A DNA stretch of 57,405 bases from Candidatus Hermodarchaeota archaeon (GTDB taxonomy: Archaea > Asgardarchaeota > Hermodarchaeia > Hermodarchaeales > Hermodarchaeaceae): contig JAEOUH010000010.1 of NCBI GenBank assembly GCA_016839365.1, forward strand, positions 1-57,405, read 5' to 3'. The stretch's first letter is position 1. The number at the start of each line of letters is the position of its first letter. Both the position numbers and the translations under genes were made by a program. This document shows, one piece after another, positions 1 to 9,720 of the stretch. Under the pieces are notes generated by a model. That model had not been told where the DNA came from and did not search any database. It was given only the letters and a program-made list of their open reading frames with translations.

Positions 1-369
1 TGGATAGAGAATCTTACGTTAACATTCCATCGGAGCCATGAACAGCAATACGGATTTGCAGCTTTGGAAGCATCTGTGACTATTGTGAATCTTCGCGTGA
101 TTGCACAAGGACCCATGCCAGTTCTACAGCCTTCGGAAATTTCTCGACAAAGGGGAACCCCACAACCACGAATAAGTAGGGAAGTATATTTTGAAGAAAA
201 TAATCGGTTCGTGAAAACCCCGATTTATGAACGTTCAACCCTAGGTTTAAGAGCCGAGATTACCGGACCCGCGATAATCGAGCAACCTGACTCAACGACT
301 GTCCTTCATCCTGAAACCAAGGCAACCATTGGGAAAGGAGGAAATATTGTTCTGGAGGTGGCCTCTTGA
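1..369 (+). CDS. Hydantoinase A/5-oxoprolinase family subunit, C-terminal part (5' truncated by window edge)
   Basis: Frame is open from base 1 (FHRSHEQQYGF) to GPAIIEQPDSTTVL, both typical of the Hydantoinase_A C-terminus; overlaps the start of the B subunit. Confidence 0.85.
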   Translation, partial: WIENLTLTFHRSHEQQYGFAALEASVTIVNLRVIAQGPMPVLQPSEISRQRGTPQPRISREVYFEENNRFVKTPIYERSTLGLRAEITGPAIIEQPDSTTVLHPETKATIGKGGNIVLEVAS

Positions 370-1964
370 AAACGGATCCGATATCCTTTGAAGTGCTTCG
401 TAATGGCTTTATTTCAGTGGCAGAGGAAATGGGAGCGACACTGATACGGACCGCTTATTCCCCCAATATCAAAGAACGACGGGATTGTTCTGCGGCTGTT
501 TTTGATGCAGAAGGACAAATGGTTAGCCAAGCTGAACATATCCCAGTGCATTTAGGAGCCATGCCTGAATCGGTTAAAGCAGCTTTGAACCTGTTTCCAC
601 GCGCTGATTGGGTAGCAGGAGACGCAATTATACTAAATGACCCTTTTGAAGGTGGAACTCACCTTCCAGATATAACACTCATATCTCCAGTCTTATTTGA
701 CGAGGTTGTTGCGGGGTTTGTCGCTAATAGGGCACATCATGCAGACATAGGAGGATCAGCTCCGGGTTCCATGCCTGGAGCAGCAACAGAAATTTACCAA
801 GAGGGCCTTCGTATCCCACCCACGCAGTTGGTAAATGCCGGTAAAGTAAACGACAAGTTATTGCGCTTGATCCTGTCGAATGTCCGGACACCCGTTGAGA
901 GACAAGGTGATCTCCGAGCGCAAATCGCTGCAAATATTACTGGGGCTAATCGATTCAAGTCAATTTTAACGAAATATTCTGAATCCGTCGCTTCAACATT
1001 TCTTCAAGATTTCCAAGAGTATTCACGAAAGAGGATGCTACAGCAGATTCAGCAAATGCCCAAAGGCAACTTTTCTTTTATTGATTACATGGACAACGAT
1101 GGCATTTCATCCAAGCCGGTACAATTGAAGGCCAAAATTTCCATTCACCGTGATAGAATTATCTTTGACTTCTCTGGGACTCAAGACCAGACCCGGGGTA
1201 ATATTAACGCACCTTTAGCTGTCACGCTCTCTTGCTCTTATTATGTTCTCCGATGTGTAACGGATCCGACCATACCTGTTAACGCTGGCTGTTACTCTCC
1301 CTTGACAGTCATCGCTCCCGAAGGATCAGTATTAAATCCACGTCCACCAGCAGCAGTCTCTGCAGGTAACGTTGAGACTTCACAGCGCATTGTGGATGTG
1401 TTATTTGGAGCTTTGAAAAAGGCTCTTCCGGAGTTAATTCCAGCGGCAAGTCAAGGCACGATGAATAACTTGACCATCGGTGGAACTGATCCTAAAACAA
1501 AGCAGGCGTTCACCTTCTATGAAACGATTGGTGGTGGTCTCGGAGCCCGACCAAATAAGGATGGCATCGATGGCATTCATAGCCACATGACGAATACAGC
1601 AAACACACCAATTGAGACCTTAGAAAGCACTTATCCTCTTCGTGTAGAATGTTATCACTTAATACCAGAAAGCGGAGGTAAGGGTCAATATCGAGGAGGC
1701 GGGGGCATCCGTCGGGACATAAAAATCCTAGTGAACGATGCCATCGTATCCATTCAAAGTGAACGTCGACGCTTTGGGCCGTGGGGATTACAAGGGGGCG
1801 CTCCAGGACGTCTTGGTAAAAATCGCCATTGGCATCATGGGAAATGGAAAGAAATTCCAGGGAAAGTGACACTAGCGGTAGAAAATGGAGATATTGTAAG
1901 TATTCAAACGCCGGGAGGAGGCGGATACGGAAAACCCCGTGATAATTTTCACAAGCATAAATAG
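366..1964 (+). CDS. Hydantoinase B/oxoprolinase family protein
   Basis: RTAYSPNIKERRDCS, HIPVHLGAM, NDPFEGGTHLPD, HHADIGG, GNVETSQR and TPGGGGYG motifs. Confidence 0.95.
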   Translation: MKTDPISFEVLRNGFISVAEEMGATLIRTAYSPNIKERRDCSAAVFDAEGQMVSQAEHIPVHLGAMPESVKAALNLFPRADWVAGDAIILNDPFEGGTHLPDITLISPVLFDEVVAGFVANRAHHADIGGSAPGSMPGAATEIYQEGLRIPPTQLVNAGKVNDKLLRLILSNVRTPVERQGDLRAQIAANITGANRFKSILTKYSESVASTFLQDFQEYSRKRMLQQIQQMPKGNFSFIDYMDNDGISSKPVQLKAKISIHRDRIIFDFSGTQDQTRGNINAPLAVTLSCSYYVLRCVTDPTIPVNAGCYSPLTVIAPEGSVLNPRPPAAVSAGNVETSQRIVDVLFGALKKALPELIPAASQGTMNNLTIGGTDPKTKQAFTFYETIGGGLGARPNKDGIDGIHSHMTNTANTPIETLESTYPLRVECYHLIPESGGKGQYRGGGGIRRDIKILVNDAIVSIQSERRRFGPWGLQGGAPGRLGKNRHWHHGKWKEIPGKVTLAVENGDIVSIQTPGGGGYGKPRDNFHKHK

Positions 1965-1972
1965 GCAATTAT

Positions 1973-3292
1973 TCAGTCTAAAGTGTCCATTACAGCGATT
2001 GGTTCATCCTCATATGTGGCAAGGTTCTCTCCTTCCTTATGTTTTGGTTCTTTAATTACCAGCCCAAAGAAGAATGTACCAATGAGAACAAGTCCAGCAG
2101 ATAGGAAGAATGTATCAACAATTGCCTGGGTTGCCGCAAACTCTGGAGGAAATCCAGAACTAAGATAATCATTCAAACGCCATGTCGCATAAACACCACC
2201 AACTGCTGTAGGTGAGGAACCAAAAGAGACGGTCCAAACTGAGTTATACAGACCAAACAGTTCACCACGTCGGGCCTCGGGGATCATATCTGCGGCTAAA
2301 GCATAACCTAGCGTAAAGACCGTTGGACGGACAATCCCGTTTACGCCATTCACCACAAGGATTCCAAGAAGCGAATTGACAAACCCATAGAAAACCGATG
2401 TGATTGCTTGGATGATTAAGGTCCCGATAATGATAGGTTTACGACCAAAGCGATCTCCCAGAACACCAGCCACTGGAGCGGCGATAAGGCCAACCGCTGA
2501 ATTGACATTTCGGACTAGACTAATCTCCAATGAATTGAGATTAAGCCCAACACGAAGGTAGATGGTGAAGAGCGATAGGTAACTAATCCAGCCAATGGTA
2601 ATAAATGCCCAGACACCGAGGAAAATCAGAAAATTCTTGGGATACCGATCTCTCCAACTTAGTTTTGTTTTACTTGGTTGGATTGATGCATCAGGAAAGG
2701 CAGGGACTTTGACCTGCTGCACTTCTGGAACAGTTGCAATGAGAGTGAGGACACTGCCGAACATAATTACAGCTGCAATGGGGAAGACCCAAAAGAACCC
2801 AGCCCCTGGAAGAGGATAGTCATAGAGCAGCCCAATTACTGTTACACCAGAAATGCGACCAATAATTCCTATGGCGTTTATCCGGCCCATCAGAGTTGAT
2901 CGCACATTTGGTTCAGTAAGATCAGCGAAGAGTGCTGACCACCCGGTGTTCGACATAGACCAAATGGCTTCGATGATTGTTAAGCCAATAATTATGGTCC
3001 AAACGGTGATGTTAGTCCATATCAGAAGATAACCTATCCCCGCAGAGGTTTCGCCCACCACGATTAGCAGTCGCCGCTTTTTTATTTTATCACTGACTCG
3101 TCCCCAAACGAAGGCCTGCATCGCCGCATTTGCCAGCATTGGGAGAGTAATAACTAGCCCGATTTGAATGAAATCAGCACCCAGTACTTCAGCCATAAAC
3201 AAGGTGAGAAAGGTGTAGAAAATGGCACGACGAGCATTCACCATAAATTCGAAAGAACCCATACCAACCTGGATTTTTGTCTCCACACCCAA
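1973..3292 (-). CDS. MFS transporter
   Basis: ~12 hydrophobic segments; MFS motif A in both halves (GRVSDKIKKRR, GVLGDRFGRKP). Confidence 0.9.
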   Translation of the reverse strand: MGVETKIQVGMGSFEFMVNARRAIFYTFLTLFMAEVLGADFIQIGLVITLPMLANAAMQAFVWGRVSDKIKKRRLLIVVGETSAGIGYLLIWTNITVWTIIIGLTIIEAIWSMSNTGWSALFADLTEPNVRSTLMGRINAIGIIGRISGVTVIGLLYDYPLPGAGFFWVFPIAAVIMFGSVLTLIATVPEVQQVKVPAFPDASIQPSKTKLSWRDRYPKNFLIFLGVWAFITIGWISYLSLFTIYLRVGLNLNSLEISLVRNVNSAVGLIAAPVAGVLGDRFGRKPIIIGTLIIQAITSVFYGFVNSLLGILVVNGVNGIVRPTVFTLGYALAADMIPEARRGELFGLYNSVWTVSFGSSPTAVGGVYATWRLNDYLSSGFPPEFAATQAIVDTFFLSAGLVLIGTFFFGLVIKEPKHKEGENLATYEDEPIAVMDTLD

Positions 3293-3309
3293 GCACCCGG
3301 TAATATTTG

Positions 3310-3355
3310 ACTACAAAGAATTGAAAAGAATGAAAGGGCGTTGTTGCCACGCCCT
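3310..3355 (-). terminator. Hairpin plus T-rich tract after the 3-hydroxyacyl-CoA dehydrogenase gene
   Basis: Inverted repeat agggcgt (3335-3341)/acgccct (3349-3355) with a GCAA tetraloop on the minus strand, followed by ttcattcttttcaattcttt. Confidence 0.55.
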
Positions 3356-3367
3356 AGTCTTTGAGAG

Positions 3368-4576
3368 CTAGTATTTGAAAAAGCCTTCTTTGGTCTTCAT
3401 CCCTAGCTTGCCATCTTTGACCATCTGCTTGAGTAGAGTGTGTGGTGTATAGAATTCGTTGTATTCCTTGGCTATGAATTCAAGTTTCTGAACGACGGCG
3501 TCGATACCTAGTGAATCGGCGAGTTCGAGGGTGCCAACAGGTTGATTGAATCCTAATTTCATGGTCTTATCGATGTCAGCTGGTGAGGCGACACCGTCAG
3601 CGACTAATTCTGCAGCGCGGTTAATCCCGACGACAACGACGAGTTGGGGATCAAACCTAGCGGCTAGCTCTTGGGACCAGACGGTGGGACGTTGCCAACG
3701 ATTCCCTGGATGTTCATAGAAGCCTTTTCCAGTTTTCACACCGAATTCGCCCTTTTCCACTTTCTCTTCAAGGACCCGAGCCATTCGCATGCCTGGGATT
3801 CTTGTTGCCATGAATTTGAGGATATTATAGACGACGTCGATTCCCACAAAGTCTAGCAGACCAAAGGTGCCCATGGGGAGACCTAGTTTCATGGTGGTTG
3901 CAGAGTCGATTTCTTCAGGCGAAAATTTGCCCATATCAACAAGTTGTCCTACAAAATTCAACGGAAACATTTGGATGCCATTGGCGATGAAGCCTGGCAC
4001 ATCCTTGTTGCACATTACCGGCTCTTTGCCCATCTTCTCTGTCAAGCCATAGATGACTTGGGCAATCTCATCGGTTGTTTTTTCCCCCTTAATGATTTCG
4101 ACTATGTTCATTCGAACAACGGGTGAAAAGAAGTGCATGCCCACGACTTTCTCAGGGTGTTTGGTGGCAGCAGCAACATCAGTGATGGGTAGTGAACTTG
4201 TATTTGTGGCAATAATCGCATGTTTAGGGGCTTTCGCTTCAACATCTGCGAACACTTCCTGTTTGAGCGAAAGAATCTCTGGAATCGCCTCGACAATGAG
4301 GTCAGTATTTTTCACGGCAGCATCACGATCAATAGAGATGGTAATCCGCTTTAGGATGGCGTCATGATCTGCTTGGGTAATTTTACCCTTCTCAAGGAAT
4401 TTCCCCAGACTCCATTGAATGTTGGCGAGGCCCTTATTCACGAATTCATCCTTGATATCGACCATCGTTACATTGAATCCGGCTTGAGCAAAGGATTGAG
4501 TAATACCATGACCCATGAGCCCAGCGCCTAGCACGGTGATGTTTTTCACATCTTCTGCTTTCACATTTATCACCAT
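3368..4576 (-). CDS. 3-hydroxyacyl-CoA dehydrogenase (NAD-binding domain plus duplicated C-terminal domain)
   Basis: GAGLMGHG Rossmann motif, EAIPE, ATNTSSLP, GMHFF, PGFIAN; two 3HCDH C-terminal repeats (PMGTFGLLD...GVKTGKGFY; PVGTLELAD...GMKTKEGFF). Confidence 0.95.
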   Translation of the reverse strand: MVINVKAEDVKNITVLGAGLMGHGITQSFAQAGFNVTMVDIKDEFVNKGLANIQWSLGKFLEKGKITQADHDAILKRITISIDRDAAVKNTDLIVEAIPEILSLKQEVFADVEAKAPKHAIIATNTSSLPITDVAAATKHPEKVVGMHFFSPVVRMNIVEIIKGEKTTDEIAQVIYGLTEKMGKEPVMCNKDVPGFIANGIQMFPLNFVGQLVDMGKFSPEEIDSATTMKLGLPMGTFGLLDFVGIDVVYNILKFMATRIPGMRMARVLEEKVEKGEFGVKTGKGFYEHPGNRWQRPTVWSQELAARFDPQLVVVVGINRAAELVADGVASPADIDKTMKLGFNQPVGTLELADSLGIDAVVQKLEFIAKEYNEFYTPHTLLKQMVKDGKLGMKTKEGFFKY

Positions 4577-4663
4577 TAAGTTGGAGAATAGTTTTCGGAA
4601 TGGTAAAGAGGTTGGTGCCTGATGTTCTTAAAGCTTGATGTTGTCGTGTAGGGCTGATTTCTG

Positions 4664-7600
4664 CTAGGGGAAAAGAGATGCGATGAAGCCTAGAATGAAA
4701 TTGCGCGTCTGTGGGATAAGGAACAAGGCGAGGAGCGTTATCAAAATGCCTAGGACACCATAGACAATTTTCACCTTGTGTCGGCTCCAGAAAGATAAAT
4801 GGAGTTTATGCATGTGTTCAGCACTATGTTTGTAACGAGCAAACATCCATGGGAGTTGGTCTGCAAACTCGCCAATGGTTTTTCCTTCTTCGAAATAGGG
4901 AGTAATTGATTGATGGATGGGTGCTCCATCCTTAACCGTGAGGGGTTCAGGAGTATTCCAATTAAAAAGGAAATCAACGATTGGGTTGACACCACTGACT
5001 TTGACGGCGTTTTGATACCATAATTCCCTCCAATGATAGTCTGAGGTGATCCATTCGATTTTACCAGTACGAGCATTGACCCAGATGTCTGCACGTTCCC
5101 AGTCTTCATGCGGGAGGGGAAAAGTGATTTCTAAAGGCCAGAACCAGACATAACGGTAGACCCAATAAGCATCGGCTTCCAGCCAGGTGTTGATGCCGAC
5201 TGAAAGGTTTTCAGGGTGTTGGGTTGGCAGGAAGTTTTGCGGGATTGGAACCCACTTTTTACCATCCCAATATCGAGGTTCAGGAAAGTGAACCCATTGG
5301 TCTTTACCCCGAATACGGGTCTTGAAGTAGGGATTGAGTTGTCGGCGAGTGCTGTAGAAGTAGAGGCTAGTAGTATGGATTTTCGGGGGTCTACCGAAGT
5401 ATTTGGCAATGAAGTTGAATCGACGACTAAAACTTACATGAGGCCGAGTCCACAACTCGATTTTACGAGGATTAACTAGGTTACGTATGATGGTTGGTTC
5501 GCCATCACCTGGAGGAGAAACAACAAGATCACAGCGGTCGTTTTCACGGGCCATAATACCGATTTCATGAGGAAAGGTGCGCTTTCGAAAACCCCGAATG
5601 TATTTCGATTGCCCACCGCTCTGGTCGTTGGTTTTCATTTCATACTGATTGGTGTTCTCTTCCCCTTTCCAATCTTCCCGATAGAGGCCATGTTCATAAC
5701 GTTGACTCCAGTAGTCACGGAACAAGTGTGCTCGTGGGGGCTTGAAGATGACGGGCCCGTCGCGTTTGTTTTTCGCCCAACTAGCACGAATAAGCTCGAT
5801 GAAACCTAGTCGTTGTCCAAGAGCGAATCCAGTGATTTTGAGTGGGGTTGTCTCATCGACATGGAGGGGCGCAAGTGAGTGGCGTATTTCCGATTCGAAG
5901 GCATTAGGGTAAGTGGCAAGGTCAGCTTCGCGATATAGATCAGCAGTTAGTCGTCTGATGCCAAAGAAGGTGGAGCTTGCCGTTCGGAATGTGAAGAGGG
6001 CTTCAACCCATTCGCCCCGCCCATCTTCAAATTTAATGTAATAATCAGTGATAAGCATCCGAGGTTCCCAGGTCTTGGGGTCAAGGAATATGTCAAGGCG
6101 GTGGTTTGTCCAACCTTGGCGATAATTAGCTCCTGGTGCTGGGGTTACTTCGCCTGGTTCGAAACAAATCCATAGACGATAAATGTAGTATTCACCGTCG
6201 TAGTTAGCGTCGCCGATAAATACAGTGCCAAAAAATAATTCTTGGAAATTTATACCATTTCGAAGTCGTGGCATTGCCAGTTCTTCGGTCGTCATGATTC
6301 GTTGAGGGGTTCGGATTCGAAGGAATTCATACTCACCACCGATTCGGCTAGGGACTGGCATCTCTAAAGAGATTCGACTCTCAACAGTATAATTGCTACC
6401 AGATCGTAATTCCCGTTTGCCCTTATACCGGAGTGTAAATTGGTACGGGACTTGTTTGAGGTATTTGGTGAGATTAACTGCATCAGAGCCCAAAGTAATA
6501 GTCGGAGTGAGTGTTTGAGGATTGACATAGTCTTTGACCTCGTATTCGGGGGCAAACCGAGGAACATAGACTGGGAGTTGAGCTCCTTCTTCGAAGGTTA
6601 TTGTAAAGGTTTCTTCCCATTGGTCTCCGATGTCTTTTTCCCAGTTGGTTTCGGCTTTGAGGATTTTTGGACGGCTTGCAATTTTGAAGAATACAGTTTG
6701 TATTGCGAGGAGATCACCTGTACCGCGACGATAGATGCCAAAACTCACGGGAAACACTTGGCCTGGAAGGATGTTGCCTTCTCGGGCAGATTTTGTAAAG
6801 ACAGTAAAGAAAGCCGGTTGGGTTAGATCATCGATGGTCGGGATGATGGTTTCGGGGCTGGGAGGTTCTTCAGTGGCTCCACCAAGTGTGCCTAATGGTG
6901 TGCCCCTATAGTCGCCCGTCCACATGATTCCAAGCCAGGGTTGTTCACCGGTTATTTGTTCGGATGGTGAATCAGGCTCTAAGTCGAGTGATGGTGCTGC
7001 AGCTAGTACAACAGGCACAGGCCGGGGAGGACCAAAAGCATCTGCAGGTTTTTCATAATAGATTTGCTCATCGATTTCGAAGGCATCATCGTCTGTACCA
7101 ATGTAGAAATTTTTCATCGTAATCTGAGATTGGTCACGGGCAGCGTGCCAGGGTTGTGTGGCACTGGGAGTGAGATGAGGGAGCAGACCTAGGGGACGGA
7201 TGGTGAGATCAGCCATTTCTTCGTTGGCAATATTGAGAACGCTGAGTTTCACTGGAGTTTCGGCCTCAAAATAGATGGTGGCTTCTGTGTCGAAGTTCGG
7301 ATATATTCCAATGGCAAAATCACCATTTAAGAAATCCTTAACTTCCTCTCTTAGAAATCGAAGCTTTTCTTGAGCAGATTCAGGAGTACCCAGTGCGAGA
7401 CCAATTTTAAGCGCTTCACGTGTATATTCTAGGGCACGAAGATATACAGTGAGAGTCCAATTTTCCAATCCCACTTGACCTTGAAGGAACCCAACAGTAT
7501 CAAGAATATCACTGATGGCGTCAGCTGTCATTCGACGCACGGAATAGAGTCCAACCAGTTCATCACATACATTCAAGACTTCTTGGAGTCGTGCCTGAGT

Positions 7601-9526
7601 AGGTCGGGCTCCAAGACCTTCCTCTTCACTAATACCTTTGACCAGTTGCTCCAACCATACTTCGAGACAAGAGATGGCCTCATGGTGGCGATCCAGTAAT
7701 TCGTAGGCGTTCTTCGCCCGGAAAAGCTCGCGTCCACCTTCTTCGATATTCCCTTCTTCTAGATGGGCGAGCCCAGCCAACCAGCTACTATATGCAGCCC
7801 GTCGTCGAATGTCCTCAGAATCACGATATGGAATCCAGGTTCTTTTTCTCTCTTCTGGAAGGTCTTCTTCAACGCCTCTTTGGAGTCGATACGCTTGCGA
7901 AAATAGATCAGCTGCAATGCGAAAGTCCTCAGAGGGGGCCGCGCCCCAGAAAGGTAATCCCTGTGTCACTTTTGCAGCTTCTACAGCATCCTCAGCGGGT
8001 TCAATCGGAGGAGCCGTTTCTACTTCAGCTTCAATAAAGGTTAGACACTGGCGAAGCTGTCCTTGGTTGAGCTTGCAAATAGCTGCAACCCAGTAAAGGT
8101 TGAGGCTTTTGAATAAATCAACAACATCATCAAATTCCACCTCAGTGTTTACCAAGATGTCGAACAATTCATCTTCATCAGGTACCACTAACAAGTCAAA
8201 GATGTTCTTTTTTAGTTCCTCTTTTGAACCGACATCTAAAACATCACTAATGACTCCTATGCGGTAGAGATCTGCCAGGAGTTTTAGGCAAATGACATAC
8301 AATCCACGAGCAGCCCCTTCGCAAAGCCAGCGATATACCATTGCTAAGTCGATAACGACTTGATCCTGGCGATGCTGTGCTTGCACGAGAATAGATGCTG
8401 CTTGCTTAGCTAGTTCTTGGAAAGCCTGTGAGCCTTCATAACCACGCTTCACCATGTTAAAGATGGCTATTAGGCCTTTGACAGCTTTCGTTGGGTCCTC
8501 CACAATTGCCACTCGTTGATATCCCAACCGCTCTAACAGGGTTAGGATGAAATCAGTGGCATATTGCGTTAACGAGAAACTTTTTTCTCTTGCTTCCTGC
8601 TGGGTAAAGCCATCAAGGTCCCCTGTAACCCGAAGATAAGCAAAGGAACCTTCCATGTGACTGGCCACAAACCGTTGAATTGAGGGATTTGGTTTGGCTA
8701 GTTCTTCCTTTCCTATTTGTTCAAAAAATTCACCAAGGGCTCGGAAGCGATTCAAAGCCGTCTCATCATTGGGACCGCCGATAAGGGCAAGTGCCTCGGC
8801 TTCATTCCATAAAAAAATCGCAGCCAAGGGAATATTGAGGTCTGGATCTTTTTTCCGATTCGAAATTGCATTCATGGCAGTTTTTCGGAAAAATTCTGTG
8901 GCTTCAGTTACCATATCTCTGTCTTCATCCGAGAGTTCAGGGCTAACCCCACTTAGCAGCTGCTGGATGGCACGACCAATTACCAATACATTCGAAGCAT
9001 CTTCTAATTCCTCATAGCAGCGGTATTCCCGGATTAGTGGAGGCAGCGCAGCTAGGTGTAAATCTTCAGCTTTACGAGCTTGGACTACGGTACTAAAGCA
9101 TTTGGCTGCACGTCGCCATTCACGAGCTACTCCAAACATGGTTCCAGCCGCATCCAATGCTTGGAGGGTTTGGTCGTGGATGATTTTCATGGCTTTTTCG
9201 GCAGCTTCAGCACGATCTTCATCGGAGCGGTACACATAGTCATCATAGTGGATTTGATCAGCAAAATATTGTTCAAGCTCTTGCCACCGTTGCGCGATGG
9301 TATCAAAGTCTCTAGCAATTGATCGGGCAACTTCAAGTTCAAGTTGTGGAGTATCAGATGCTGATTCGATGCGTTGAAGCAATTCAGCAATCTGTTCGAG
9401 GATATCGAGTATTCCTTGCCCCTTTGTTTTGGTTAAGTGCTTGGCAATTTCTTCAAGGTCATCTCGAGCAATTTGGAAGAGCGCTTTATAGGCTTTCACC
9501 AAGGTTTCATAATCTAAGGCAGCCAT
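4664..9526 (-). CDS. Giant (~1620 aa) hypothetical tail-anchored protein: helical TPR/SNAP-like solenoid, beta-rich middle, duplicated C-terminal domain, C-terminal TM helix
   Basis: Long open frame; likely start ATG at 9526 (MAALDYET) preceded by an AAGGAG RBS; the upstream extension runs through a terminator-like element; single hydrophobic stretch IVYGVLGILITLLALFLI near the C-terminus. Confidence 0.85.
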   Translation of the reverse strand: MAALDYETLVKAYKALFQIARDDLEEIAKHLTKTKGQGILDILEQIAELLQRIESASDTPQLELEVARSIARDFDTIAQRWQELEQYFADQIHYDDYVYRSDEDRAEAAEKAMKIIHDQTLQALDAAGTMFGVAREWRRAAKCFSTVVQARKAEDLHLAALPPLIREYRCYEELEDASNVLVIGRAIQQLLSGVSPELSDEDRDMVTEATEFFRKTAMNAISNRKKDPDLNIPLAAIFLWNEAEALALIGGPNDETALNRFRALGEFFEQIGKEELAKPNPSIQRFVASHMEGSFAYLRVTGDLDGFTQQEAREKSFSLTQYATDFILTLLERLGYQRVAIVEDPTKAVKGLIAIFNMVKRGYEGSQAFQELAKQAASILVQAQHRQDQVVIDLAMVYRWLCEGAARGLYVICLKLLADLYRIGVISDVLDVGSKEELKKNIFDLLVVPDEDELFDILVNTEVEFDDVVDLFKSLNLYWVAAICKLNQGQLRQCLTFIEAEVETAPPIEPAEDAVEAAKVTQGLPFWGAAPSEDFRIAADLFSQAYRLQRGVEEDLPEERKRTWIPYRDSEDIRRRAAYSSWLAGLAHLEEGNIEEGGRELFRAKNAYELLDRHHEAISCLEVWLEQLVKGISEEEGLGARPTQARLQEVLNVCDELVGLYSVRRMTADAISDILDTVGFLQGQVGLENWTLTVYLRALEYTREALKIGLALGTPESAQEKLRFLREEVKDFLNGDFAIGIYPNFDTEATIYFEAETPVKLSVLNIANEEMADLTIRPLGLLPHLTPSATQPWHAARDQSQITMKNFYIGTDDDAFEIDEQIYYEKPADAFGPPRPVPVVLAAAPSLDLEPDSPSEQITGEQPWLGIMWTGDYRGTPLGTLGGATEEPPSPETIIPTIDDLTQPAFFTVFTKSAREGNILPGQVFPVSFGIYRRGTGDLLAIQTVFFKIASRPKILKAETNWEKDIGDQWEETFTITFEEGAQLPVYVPRFAPEYEVKDYVNPQTLTPTITLGSDAVNLTKYLKQVPYQFTLRYKGKRELRSGSNYTVESRISLEMPVPSRIGGEYEFLRIRTPQRIMTTEELAMPRLRNGINFQELFFGTVFIGDANYDGEYYIYRLWICFEPGEVTPAPGANYRQGWTNHRLDIFLDPKTWEPRMLITDYYIKFEDGRGEWVEALFTFRTASSTFFGIRRLTADLYREADLATYPNAFESEIRHSLAPLHVDETTPLKITGFALGQRLGFIELIRASWAKNKRDGPVIFKPPRAHLFRDYWSQRYEHGLYREDWKGEENTNQYEMKTNDQSGGQSKYIRGFRKRTFPHEIGIMARENDRCDLVVSPPGDGEPTIIRNLVNPRKIELWTRPHVSFSRRFNFIAKYFGRPPKIHTTSLYFYSTRRQLNPYFKTRIRGKDQWVHFPEPRYWDGKKWVPIPQNFLPTQHPENLSVGINTWLEADAYWVYRYVWFWPLEITFPLPHEDWERADIWVNARTGKIEWITSDYHWRELWYQNAVKVSGVNPIVDFLFNWNTPEPLTVKDGAPIHQSITPYFEEGKTIGEFADQLPWMFARYKHSAEHMHKLHLSFWSRHKVKIVYGVLGILITLLALFLIPQTRNFILGFIASLFP

Positions 9527-9664
9527 CGTGCTATACTCCTTCAAGTCCAACTCGCCAACACCATAGGAGAGAGAGGCGCCGACGAAATTCGTCTTTTCAT
9601 GTACGTTTCTCCTCAAAAGCTCTTCCACTCTAAGTTGAGGATAAATATTTGGGACTTGTCTGAA

Positions 9665-9705
9665 AAGTAAATCAAAAAAGAAAAATGAGGAAGAGCGGTC
9701 CGCTC
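9665..9705 (-). terminator. Short hairpin plus T-tract after the 212-aa gene
   Basis: gagcgg-t-ccgctc inverted repeat (9693-9705) followed on the minus strand by tttttctttttt. Confidence 0.45.
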
Positions 9706-9720
9706 CGGGCCTACGCATGA

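Noticed and set aside
9527-9718. N-terminal 64 codons of the 1684-aa ORF call
   Set aside because: Runs through a hairpin and T-tract (translated as SSSFFFF); a good RBS precedes the ATG at 9526.
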